Source: Octopus bimaculoides (lineage: Eukaryota). Taken from it: a stretch of 39,062 bases of DNA. The DNA is taken from assembly GCF_001194135.2 (NCBI RefSeq), contig NC_068981.1, positions 17,354,787-17,393,848 on the forward strand. Reading direction: 5' to 3'. A model generated the notes under the pieces. It was given only the letters and a program-made list of their open reading frames with translations, had not been told where the DNA came from and made no database searches. Made by a program: the position numbers and the translations under genes. Shown in pieces: positions 1-10,949 of this stretch (its first letter is position 1; every line of letters begins with the position of its first letter).

Positions 1-39
1 GATTGCCACAATAACAGTAACGGTGGTGATGATATTGAT

Positions 40-61
40 GCTAATGATGATGATGATGGTG

Positions 62-92
<31 letters not shown>

Positions 93-215
93 ACATCATC
101 ATTATCACCATCATCATCATCAACATCATCATTATCACCATCATCATCATCAACATCATCATTATCACCATCATCATCATCAGGCTCATCAACATCATCA
201 TCATAGTTTCATTTT
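40..215. repeat. (GAT/CAT)n microsatellite containing three exact 30-bp higher-order units (91-180)
   Basis: CAACATCATCATTATCACCATCATCATCAT at 91-120, 121-150 and 151-180. Confidence 0.95.
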
Positions 216-1568
216 CCTTGTCATCGATAGCAATGATTGTCGACTGGTAATGACGGTGTTTGTTGACGATAACGATGAGTAGGAGGAGGAGGTCAAATTT
301 ATTGTAATTTGTTATTGTTTAGCAATGGGCCAACTGAGGTTGAGCAGACGTGTAGTCAAAATCACCCTGTCTTTCAGTGTCATGTAGGGCCCCCTCTAAT
401 ATATGCACCTTCCATATTTAAGATCACACAGTGTGACTTGAGAATATTTCATTGCTATTTCTAGCAAATCGAACGACTAACAAATTTAAGAAACGTGTAC
501 AATACAGGTGTGATTCTGTTAGAACACGAAATAACATGAAATTCCATGCACCCATATATTTACTGTAAAGAACAACAACAATCTCATTTCCTTTTTACCA
601 AATTATTGTCCAACAGGCTTCATCTTAGTTTCTGCTGCATTTTGTAATTGAAAGCTAGGCTTGTTGTACTGATTATCGACCAAAAAATATATAATCTTTA
701 CCAATGGAAAAACAAATATTTATTATCTAAACTCTGTCTGGACTCAATACAATAGAATACAATCATTGGTTAATAATGAAACAAAGCAACATTTCNNNNN
801 NNNNNNNNNNNNNNNNNNNNNNNNNNNNNNNNNNNNNNNNNNNNNNNNNNNNNNNNNNNNNNNNNNNNNNNNNNNNNNNNNNNNNNNNNNNNNNNNNNNN
901 NNNNNNNNNNNNNNNNNNNNNNNNNNNNNNNNNNNNNNNNNNNNNNNNNNNNNNNNNNNNNNNNNNNNNNNNNNNNNNNNNNNNNNNNNNNNNNNNNNNN
1001 NNNNNNNNNNNNNNNNNNNNNNNNNNNNNNNNNNNNNNNNNNNNNNNNNNNNNNNNNNNNNNNNNNNNNNNNNNNNNNNNNNNNNNNNNNNNNNNNNNNN
1101 NNNNNNNNNNNNNNNNNNNNNNNNNNNNNNNNNNNNNNNNNNNNNNNNNNNNNNNNNNNNNNNNNNNNNNNNNNNNNNNNNNNNNNNNNNNNNNNNNNNN
1201 NNNNNNNNNNNNNNNNNNNNNNNNNNNNNNNNNNNNNNNNNNNNNNNNNNNNNNNNNNNNNNNNNNNNNNNNNNNNNNNNNNNNNNNNNNNNNNNNNNNN
1301 NNNNNNNNNNNNNNNNNNNNNNNNNNNNNNNNNNNNNNNNNNNNNNNNNNNNNNNNNNNNNNNNNNNNNNNNNNNNNNNNNNNNNNNNNNNNNNNNNNNN
1401 NNNNNNNNNNNNNNNNNNNNNNNNNNNNNNNNNNNNNNNNNNNNNNNNNNNNNNNNNNNNNNNNNNNNNNNNNNNNNNNNNNNNNNNNNNNNNNNNNNNN
1501 NNNNNNNNNNNNNNNNNNNNNNNNNNNNNNNNNNNNNNNNNNNNNNNNNNNNNNNNNNNNNNNNNNNN

Positions 1569-1613
1569 TGTGTGTGTGTGTGTGGTGATATGGGTCTGAG
1601 ATATAATGTGTGC

Positions 1614-1650
<37 letters not shown>
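1569..1650. repeat. (TG)n microsatellite, interrupted
   Basis: Direct read of TG runs beside the N gap. Confidence 0.95.
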
Positions 1651-1652
<2 letters not shown>

Positions 1653-1786
1653 TATCTGCTAATTAGCAATCAGTCAATTTTGGTAATTAGTGGCAAACAT
1701 AATGGTTTGTTTGGTTGTGTAGAATAAGAACTTAATGAAGGCTTCTCAAGTCTTGTTCTGCAAGATCTGATTGGCAACGTCTAATG

Positions 1787-1846
1787 AATTTATTATTGTT
1801 GTTGTCGCTCTTAGAGTCGTTATTATTGTTAGTAGTAGTAATAAAC

Positions 1847-1897
<51 letters not shown>

Positions 1898-1935
1898 CAT
1901 TATTATTATTGTTATCATTATTATTATTATTATTA

Positions 1936-1988
<53 letters not shown>

Positions 1989-2015
1989 GTTATTATTATT
2001 ATTACCACTACTACT
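1787..2015. repeat. (ATT)n microsatellite
   Basis: Long TAT/ATT run with occasional GTT/CAT variants. Confidence 0.95.
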
Positions 2016-2074
2016 ATTGAGACGATTTTGGCGGTGGTGATGAAGTTGGTGCTGCTGATAATGATGTTAGTGGT

Positions 2075-2122
2075 AATGATGATGATGATGATGATTATGA
2101 TTATAATGACGATGATGATGCC

Positions 2123-2165
<43 letters not shown>

Positions 2166-2189
2166 AGGATACGATGCATNNNNNNNNNN

Positions 2190-2222
<33 letters not shown>
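2075..2222. repeat. (GAT)n/(GAC)n microsatellite spanning a 10-N gap
   Basis: Direct read. Confidence 0.9.
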
Positions 2223-2386
2223 AGGATATGATGCATGCCCTGCAGACAGAAGTTTATAAATTACAGAAACTGGAAAAATATGAAAATATAAACATTGATA
2301 TTGATGTGTGTGTGTTTGTGTTTTTGTGTGTGCATATATATTAGTACATATATACAAAGTTGTAGAGAAAGATAAACGTTAGGCAT

Positions 2387-2445
<59 letters not shown>

Positions 2446-2446
2446 T
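2387..2446. repeat. (TAG)n microsatellite
   Basis: Direct read. Confidence 0.95.
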
Positions 2447-2825
2447 GTAGCCATGTTGTTTAGCACCCCATCAGCTCATTCTATTAACCCTATAACCAAA
2501 GGCCGTTTCATTCCATCCTTTTATACATCCAAGATCACATGGTTCAATGGGTTTCTCTCATTTTTTTATTTTTTCTAAGAAAATAGTGAGGTGCATTTTG
2601 AGAGAAGGATTCGGCTACTATGTCTGTCAAGTGAAGAGACCACCAAAGGAATGTCTCACATGGTATTCATCGATATAGACATTCCTGTCCACAAAGTGAC
2701 TGACCTACAACCAATAAACTTTAACATTCCACGTCTGTAGAAGAAAGTCTTGTTGCAAATATCAACTTCTTAAGGATGTGGATTGGAACGATAATCAGAT
2801 TCTATATAAAAAAAAAACTGAACGC

Positions 2826-2990
2826 TCGCGGTCTGGTGGTTAAGGTAATGCACTTTCAAACGCAACATCGTGGTTTCGATTCCTGGACAGAACAGCATGT
2901 TATGTTCTTCAGCAAAACATTTCATTTCACGATATTCCAGTTCACTCAGTAATAAATGATTAATCTTGCAACGGATAGAATCCTGTGACC
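2826..2990 (+). mobile_element. Degenerate family-C tRNA-headed SINE (CORE-like), 5' part
   Basis: A-box-like TGGTGGTTAAGG and B-box-like GGTTTCGATTCC, then TTCAGCAAAACATTTCATTTCACG..CCAGTTCACTCAG, matching the 11544-11859 copy. Confidence 0.7.
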
Positions 2991-3299
2991 TCGATCGCTT
3001 ATACGATATGGAAACCTGATATGTGGCCTTTTGAATCCCAGGACCCGAAAGTGTGATGTCCAGTCTAGTGGGGTACTATATACTATATATATATATATAT
3101 GTATATATACATAGCAATAAGAAAATGGAGGGAATAGGTGGTATTCATCAACTTGCAGACATTGTATTGTGTCAATTTACCTGTATATTTGTTAACTAAG
3201 AGGACAATAATAACAATATACAAACACATGCGACATATTATGTCATATCAATAATTAAAAAAGGAGATCTCGTGACCGCAAATGGGACAATGACTTCAC

Positions 3300-3386
3300 T
3301 AGATAAGTCCCGGGGTCGATTTTCTCGACTAAAGGCGGTGCTCCAGCATGGCCGCAATCAAATGACTGAAACAAGTAAAGAGAGAC
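3300..3386 (+). mobile_element. Family-A SINE, 3' tail fragment
   Basis: GGGGTCGATTTTCTCGACTAAAGGCGGTGCTCCAGCATGGCCGCAATCAAATGACTGAAACAAGTAAAG, as in 22650-22730. Confidence 0.9.
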
Positions 3387-3714
3387 NNNNNNNNNNNNNN
3401 NNNNNNNNNNNNNNNNNNNNNNNNNNNNNNNNNNNNNNNNNNNNNNNNNNNNNNNNNNNNNNNNNNNNNNNNNNNNNNNNNNNNNNNNNNNNNNNNNNNN
3501 NNNNNNNNNNNNNNNNNNNNNNNNNNNNNNNNNNNNNNNNNNNNATATATATATATATATACAGAATAAAGAATTATCTCGCAAAACGCCAGAACAGGAC
3601 AATATATATATCTTGGACAATTTATAGATATGAAGTGTATGTATGTGTATATATATATATATTAGACAATTTATAGATATGGAGTATACATATACACTCA
3701 TATACATAGATAAT

Positions 3715-4021
3715 ACTGACACTCCGTCGCTTACGACGACGAGTATTCCTGTTGATCCGATCAATGGGGCAGCCTGTTCGTGAAATTAACGTGCAAGTGG
3801 CTGAGCACTCCGCATAGACGCGTAATCTTAACGAAGATGTCAGGGAGATTCAACGTGACACAGTGTGTGACAAAGCTAGCCTTTTGAATTACAAATACTA
3901 CTCATTTTTGCCAACAGAGTGGAACGGATCGACGTGACAGAATATGTCTTGCTCAGGGACACAACGCGCCACCGGGAATCGAACTCATGACCTTATGATT
4001 GTGAGCTGAATATCCTAACCT
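3715..4021 (-). mobile_element. Family-C tRNA-headed SINE
   Basis: Reverse complement of the 11544-11859 copy; shares its 3' ~170 bp with family B. Confidence 0.88.
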
Positions 4022-4387
4022 TCGTATACATAGATATACATACACTCACATACATATTCACACGCATGGAACACAGAAAGAAAATGCGTAATCGTTGCAT
4101 AAACAGTTTCTTCAAAGACTTATATGTTGCATAAATGTCGAAGGACTATAAAAAGCAGTCAATTATATGATAACGATTTGTAATTGGATAAGAAAATTTA
4201 CAATGAACCGTAACAACAGCAAGAGGAATTACTACGACATCAATTGTAATAACAGCAGAGACAATAGCAACAATGACGATGGTATTTACAGTAAATACGA
4301 AAAAGAAAAGAGCTTCTTTATTGGCCATTGAGGTCCATCACATAACATGCAAAATGTTTTATATAAAATGGCTACAAACAAACATGG

Positions 4388-4642
<255 letters not shown>

Positions 4643-4697
4643 CTTTATTAATTTGCCAAGAGTTTAGAGGGATGATTATCTACGTTGTAATCGTTGT

Positions 4698-4876
4698 GGA
4701 AGCGCAATGGCCCAGTGGTTAGGGCAGTGGACTCGCGGTCATAGGATCGCGGTTTCGTTTCCCAGACCGGGCGTTGTGACTGTTTATTGAACGAAAACAC
4801 CTAAAGCTCCACGAGGCTCCGGCAGGGGATCAACTGGAACCCTCGACGTCGTAAGCGACGGAGTGCCAACAACAAC
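4698..4876 (+). mobile_element. Family-B SINE with ~206-bp internal deletion, (CAA)n tail and 8-bp TSD AATCGTTG (4689-4696 / 4877-4884)
   Basis: Head GGAAGCGCAATGGCCCAGTGGTTAGGG is joined at GGAT to the 3' end CAACTGGAACCC...GGAGTGCCA; compared with the full copy at 32948-33324. Confidence 0.92.
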
Positions 4877-5178
4877 AATCGTTGATATTGACATAAAGCC
4901 TTTTATACTCTACAAAGTATGTAATATGCCTCGTAAACCCTTCATATACCTTTCAAATACCCTTTTACATCTGTATAAATATGAATATGTTTATAGCTTA
5001 TAAGTGCCTGAATGGCCTTCTGTATTTATCTATATATGTGTGTGTGTGTATTGTNNNNNNNNNNNNNNNNNNNNNNNNNNNNNNNNNNNNNNNNNNNNNN
5101 NNNNNNNNNNNNNNNNNNNNNNNNNNNNNNNNNNNNNNNNNNNNNNNNNNNNNNNNNNNGGATAGATGGATGGATGTG

Positions 5179-5210
<32 letters not shown>

Positions 5211-5369
5211 TGCATATGTGTGTGTATGTATGTATGTGTTTTTATGTGCCTAAGTGTATGCTTAGACTATATCATTTGTATATACGTGATTGTAAATATG
5301 TGGAAACATTTGTACACGTATGTATGTTTCTTTATCAGTGTGAGCGTGTATGTATATACTAACATATCG

Positions 5370-5743
5370 TGGTACTCCGTCGGTTACGACGACGAGGGTT
5401 CCAGTTGATCCAATCAACGGAACAGCCTGCTCGTGAAATCAACGTGAAGTGGCTGAGCACTCCACAGACACGTGTACCCTTGATGTAGTTCTCGGGGAGA
5501 TTCAGCGTGACACAAAGTGTGACAAAGGCTGACCCTTTGAAATACAAGCACAACAGAAACAGAAAGTAAGAGTGAGAGAAAGTTGTGGTGAAAGAGTACA
5601 GCAGGGTTTGCCACCATCTCCTGCCGGAGCCTCGTGGAGCTTTAGGTGTTTTCGCTCAATAAACAACGCCCGGTCTGGGAATCGAAACCGCGAGCCTATG
5701 ACCGCGAGTTCGCTACGCTAACCACTGGGCTACTGCGCCTCCA
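5370..5743 (-). mobile_element. Full-length family-B tRNA-headed SINE with 10-bp TSD ACTAACATAT (5358-5367 / 5745-5754)
   Basis: Near-identical to 32948-33324; tRNA-like A/B boxes at the right end. Confidence 0.93.
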
Positions 5744-6435
5744 CACTAACATATACACGTACATGCAAATAAGCGAATATACCCCCAATGCGTTAAGACA
5801 AACTCAAAAGAGATACTTTGTGATGTTGTTCGCTTACGTCCATTTTTTATATTTCAGTTTAGTTAACGAATACTTTAGATCCCACTACTTGCTTTTCGCT
5901 TCCTAATACATATGTATACGCTCTCTTTAAATTATATCTTCATATAATATATACGTCCAAACTTGCGCATAAAGGAGTATATTTGTAGAGAAATATGTAT
6001 GTGTATGCGCGTGTGTGTGTTTGGTTGTGCATGTGTGTATGTGTGTTAAATTTGCAAGTCTGCAATATACATTCATGAATGTTTGTACAAGTGTATAGCA
6101 CCGCATATTAATGCTTGTTTATGCGTATTTTGTATTTTATTAGCACGTACTTTCGCGTATATTCTTATAAGCACATTTATACTGTTTGATTTCACTATAT
6201 ATATATATTTTTTTTTTTGCTCGATTTTCTTCTGTGGCCTTTTACTTAACGAACGGATTTTGAAATTTATTATCACATGACTCTCATATAATAAATCTAT
6301 CGAGAATTTCAGAAGAAATTGTAATTCATCCATATATAAAGAGTGAATTCACGATTTTGAAGTTAGTTTGATAAGTTCCATGCATGAAATTTTCGCTCCT
6401 TGAGCCATTTATATAACTTTACAGTCGATTAAGCA

Positions 6436-6496
6436 TACATACATACATACATACATACATACATACATACATACATACATACATACATACATACAT
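6436..6496. repeat. (ACAT)n microsatellite
   Basis: Direct read. Confidence 0.95.
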
Positions 6497-6639
6497 CTGA
6501 AAACGTCGTCGTCGTCGTCATCGTCTCATCCCTTCAATCCAAGAATCGATTTCACCTCCTTAGGTCTGACCTATGTCCATGTGGAACCAGAAACGGGTAA
6601 CCATGTATCCCCTACCCTCCCAGGATATGGGAGGTGTAT

Positions 6640-7049
6640 ATTTTATCTTTTATCTTTCACTTGTTTCAGTCATTTGAATGCGGCCATGCTGGGGCACCAC
6701 CTTGAAAGATTTTTGTTCAGTAAATTGACTCCGGGATTAATTTTTTGAAGCCCAGTACTTATTCTATCGGCCTCTTTGTCGAACCGTTAAGTTACGGGGA
6801 CGTAAACACACCAACACTGATTATCAAGCGATCTTGGAGGACTAACACATACACAAAAGCACACACTCATAGATATATACTTATATGTATGTATACGATG
6901 GGCTTCTTTCAGTTTTCATCGACCAAATCCACTCCCAAGACTTTGGTCTGCCCAAGGCTATAGTAGAAGATACCCAAGGTGTCTCGCAGTGCGACTGAAC
7001 CTGGAACCATGTGGTTGGGAAGCAAGTTTCTTACCACACAGTCATGCCT
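6640..7049 (-). mobile_element. Family-A SINE, diverged full-length copy
   Basis: Reverse complement aligns by eye to 13025-13447: head, CORE-like CTTGGG segment, internal microsatellite, tail. Confidence 0.9.
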
Positions 7050-7119
7050 TTATATACACATATATGTACACACACACACACATACATATATAGAAATATA
7101 TATATATATATATATAGGT

Positions 7120-7810
7120 GAGAGAGTTGATATGTGAAAGCATGTGGTTGGATGTATAAAAGACAAAAAAGAGTGAAAAATCTTACAGAAGGCTCGTGTT
7201 ATATGGTTAAAGAATATATTTAAATCGTTATGTTAGAAAAATGTTAGAAAATTTTGCGTATAGTAACATTGTTTTTGGAGAAATAACCGGTTTCGTATTT
7301 TCTTTTCAAATTTCTCAAATTTCTCTACCTATATTGTGTCATGTCTTCGCTATGTTGTGAAAAATGGAGTTCCAGACAGGGGAAGGTAATCAGGGATTTT
7401 TTTCCGGTATAAGGGAGATAATAAAAAATGTTGGGAATGATTAGATTTTATTAATTTAACATGATCTGGTTTAGAAGGAATAGAATGTTACAAGTGGTTA
7501 GGTTTTGCTTTATATTTTTTCCAATGGGGTGAGTTTCCTTATTTTAAAATGTTAGAAATGGTTGAGTTTTGGCTTATATTTTTCAATGAAAAGGTTTCCT
7601 TATCTAATCTAACTTGTGTTGGTGTTTCAATGGCACATTGATAGAATGGAAAGATTATAAATTGTGGTAGCATTTGCTTTGCGCATTTCTCAATATGTTC
7701 ACTAAAGGGTATCATTCTGTATTCTGGGAATGCAATCTGCAGTCGATCCACAGAAAGGAACACAAAAAGAAACAAGGAGAGAAAATAAAGAATGTGTAGT
7801 GGCTACAAAA
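7120..7810 (-). mobile_element. Penelope-like element 3' relic: GIY-YIG C-terminus, 3' UTR and pLTR-type sequence
   Basis: Minus strand reads ...IFPFYQCAIETPTQVRLDKE, then after a frameshift NLFIEKYKPKLNHF* (stop 7552-7554), matching the PLE endonuclease end motif R..KE..FI.K..P.LN; 7747-7810 is homologous to 31638-31705. Confidence 0.72.
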
Positions 7811-8895
7811 AAGTGTAGAAAGTACAAAAAAATTAAGAAAAGTTCAAAAAGTTCAAAAGCATCGAACGTCGTGGTGTATTGGAGCGATTTATATTTATAT
7901 ATANNNNNNNNNNNNNNNNNNNNNNNNNNNNNNNNNNNNNNNNNNNNNNNNNNNNNNNNNNNNNNNNNNNNNNNNNNNNNNNNNNNNNNNNNNNNNNNNN
8001 NNNNNNNNNNNNNNNNNNNNNNNNNNNNNNNNNNNNNNNNNNNNNNNNNNNNNNNNNNNNNNNNNNNNNNNNNNNNNNNNNNNNNNNNNNNNNNNNNNNN
8101 NNNNNNNNNNNNNNNNNNNNNNNNNNNNNNNNNNNNNNNNNNNNNNNNNNNNNNNNNNNNNNNNNNNNNNNNNNNNNNNNNNNNNNNNNNNNNNNNNNNN
8201 NNNNNNNNNNNNNNNNNNNNNNNNNNNNNNNNNNNNNNNNNNNNNNNNNNNNNNNNNNNNNNNNNNNNNNNNNNNNNNNNNNNNNNNNNNNNNNNNNNNN
8301 NNNNNNNNNNNNNNNNNNNNNNNNNNNNNNNNNNNNNNNNNNNNNNNNNNNNNNNNNNNNNNNNNNNNNNNNNNNNNNNNNNNNNNNNNNNNNNNNNNNN
8401 NNNNNNNNNNNNNNNNNNNNNNNNNNNNNNNNNNNNNNNNNNNNNNNNNNNNNNNNNNNNNNNNNNNNNNNNNNNNNNNNNNNNNNNNNNNNNNNNNNNN
8501 NNNNNNNNNNNNNNNNNNNNNNNNNNNNNNNNNNNNNNNNNNNNNNNNNNNNNNNNNNNNNNNNNNNNNNNNNNNNNNNNNNNNNNNNNNNNNNNNNNNN
8601 NNNNNNNNNNNNNNNNNNNNNNNNNNNNNNNNNNNNNNNNNNNNNNNNNNNNNNNNNNNNNNNNNNNNNNNNNNNNNNNNNNNNNNNNNNNNNNNNNNNN
8701 NNNNNNNNNNNNNNNNNNNAGTTTTAAAGTTTTTAAATGTTTTGAAAGTTTCAGAATCTTCAAGACATTCATGAATGTAAAAGATTAAGATTGTGTGAGA
8801 GGTTTATGGATACAGAAGTGGTGGACAGGTAGATAAATAGTTAAGTGAGACAAGCAGAAGGGTAGGTTGATGGATAGAAAGATAGATAGATAGAT

Positions 8896-9126
8896 AGGCG
8901 GTGAACTGGGAGAAACGCTAGCGTGCCGGGCGAAATGCTTAGCAGTATTTCGTCTGCCGTTATGTTCTGAGTTCAAATTCCGCCGAGGTCGACTTTGCTT
9001 TTCATCCTTTCGGGGTCGATAAATTAGGTACCAGTTACGCACTGGGGTCGATGTAATCGACTTAATCCCTTCGTCTGACTTTGTTTGTCCTCTCTATGTT
9101 TAGCCTCTTGTGGGTAATAAATAAAT

Positions 9127-9130
<4 letters not shown>
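8896..9130 (+). mobile_element. Family-D tRNA-headed SINE
   Basis: GGCGGTGAACTGGGAGAAACG...GAGTTCAAATTCC...CTTTCATCCTTTCGGGGTCGATAAATT..GTACCAG, followed by a (GAAA)n(GATA)n tail; same family as 15623-16048. Confidence 0.92.
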
Positions 9131-9174
<44 letters not shown>

Positions 9175-9229
9175 ACCTACACCTAGTGCGTGATCTGTGG
9201 AGAGCCTTGTTGCTAGGTATTACGTTTAG

Positions 9230-9875
9230 TCACGTGTGCATTTTCGGATCAAAGATCCGTCAGGTGTGCTTTCTTTTTGCTTTTTGTTCTTATGATGGTG
9301 ATTGCTGGTGCTGATTAAAGGCTCTCTAAGCAGTAGGTGTATCTTCAGCCATCGAGCTTATTCCGGCGGTTAATGCTGAGTGTTTTCTTCCCAATGAAGT
9401 GTGCCTCCGTGATTCTGAAGTTGACTGCATCCGTCCCCCTTACTCTCCACCAGTATACGGGTGGAGAAATCCCCCACAATATTGTTGGTGGAGTCGGAAC
9501 ACGGCGGCGCTGGGTGGTGTGGCCATGTGGAGATTCTCCTTCACTCTAAGGTGAAGCTGTCTTTTGATTGGTCTTATGTATGTCTTCCCGGAAGAACACG
9601 TCAGTTGGAACATCACGTGTGATTCAAAACACAGCTGGACGCCGTCCATTGGCTGTCTCACCTCGATTGGACAGTGGTTCAGGCAGCATGTGTCCGGTGT
9701 TTTGTTGGGAAGCGAGAGTGTTTGAGCGTGTAGCCTCGTCTAATGATTCTGACGGGAAGACCAGATCTTTTGATATTGTTCTTTATCTTGTTTTCTACTC
9801 TTTCTCCATAGTGTGGAATGTTGAAGTAAACCCGCTATTTTTCCATTTCGTTCTTCCTTCTTCCTTCCGTCGTTA
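9230..9875 (-). mobile_element. Penelope-like element relic: RT-EN linker plus GIY-YIG endonuclease with frameshifts
   Basis: Minus frames: VYFNIPHYGERVENKIKNNIKRSGLPVRIIRRGYTLK; TCCLNHCPI...LCFESHVMFQLTCSSGKTYIRPIKRQLHLRVKE (GIY-YIG-like V.F...C..G..YI...KR.L..R..E); DAVNFRITEAHFIGKKTLSINRR..DG* (stop 9345-9347). Confidence 0.85.
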
Positions 9876-9989
9876 TTGATGTTATTGTCGATGCTGTTGT
9901 TGCTATGAGTGTCGTGATTTTGTGCATGCATATATGTTTGCATGTAAGTATGGTTATGCATTTCTCTTTGTTCCATATATATATATATA

Positions 9990-10026
<37 letters not shown>

Positions 10027-10029
<3 letters not shown>

Positions 10030-10574
10030 ATCGCCACAGTCCAGCAGATGAACTACAGGGAGCGACTGAAGGCACTAAGTCTCTACTCCCTGGAACGCAG
10101 GCGGGAGATATATGTAATAATTTACATATGGAAAATACTGGAAGACTGGTACCAAACTTTGGCATCAAGTACTACACGAATGCCCGCACAGGTCGCCACT
10201 GCATAGTACCAAGGGTACCGTCCACTGCATCTCACATAAGAACAAGGTATTGCAACAGAGAACCTCAGCTCTTTAATGCCCTGCCAAAACAATTGAGAGA
10301 CCTGCAAGACATGGATGTAGAGGTCTTCAAAACAAAACTTACACTTTCCCATCCACGATACCAGAGCAACCGATGGCTCGAAATGAGACACATTTGAGGG
10401 CAGCGATGTAAAATTCTCTTATACACCAGATGTGCCATCGAAAGTCTTGATTGGACTACATCAGGTGGAGGAGAAGAGCCATGCAAGGAACGTGCAAAGA
10501 GCACATCATAAGGAGGGAAAGTCATGGCGGAGCTCCAGCACGACTGCAGCCACTTGGCTGAAGCGCATAAATAA

Positions 10575-10580
<6 letters not shown>
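10027..10580 (+). mobile_element. CR1-like LINE, 3' end of ORF2 plus 3' UTR and (ATAA)n tail
   Basis: MNYRERLKALSLYSLERRREIYVIIYIWKILE, frameshift, LVPNFG...PQLFNALPKQLRDL...FKTKL: typical CR1/L2-group C-terminus (L.SLE.RR; LFN.LP); ends in ATAAATAAATAAAT. Confidence 0.88.
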
Positions 10581-10609
<29 letters not shown>

Positions 10610-10949
10610 TTACTGCGAAACTGCATAGCATTATCCTTAATTCTTTAATTTATATACCACCTTATATAGACCGATACATGTTTCAATTGCACCGATTAGT
10701 AACCGTCGCAATTACAGCCCTACTATAAAACTGGAGCAGTTTCTTCAGGGTCTTTACTTGATATCCTTCGATATGGCCGTTTAAAGATTTTCTTTTATCT
10801 GCTCTACGTTTCATAATCTAGAGCTATCCGTTAAGTTAGACGCGAACAATTTCCATTTCAAGCTCTTATTGGATAATCATTTTTAGTCCATCATTTCAAA
10901 ATCTACTATAGTTTAAATGCACGTACGCCATTATTCAGCATTATTTCAA

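Noticed and set aside
91-180. Regular 30-bp repeats considered as a CRISPR-like array
   Set aside because: No spacers; this is a higher-order microsatellite duplication in eukaryotic DNA.
766-1599. Long ORFs here and at 7702-8788, 20708-21625, 22057-22598, 23960-24771, 29042-30154 and 30355-31211
   Set aside because: They are open only because they run through N gaps.
2130-2237. Direct duplication of GACGACGGCGAC...CAAGGATA.GATGCAT
   Set aside because: The copies flank a 10-N scaffold gap, so it is most likely an unmerged contig overlap.
2860-2915. Minus-strand CUGAAGA...GAAAC hammerhead-like spacing
   Set aside because: GAAAC is the SINE B-box; no stem II or stem I pairing.
4698-4775. tRNA-like sequences at SINE heads
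   Set aside because: They run directly into SINE bodies with TSDs and lack a complete cloverleaf, so they are not tRNA genes.
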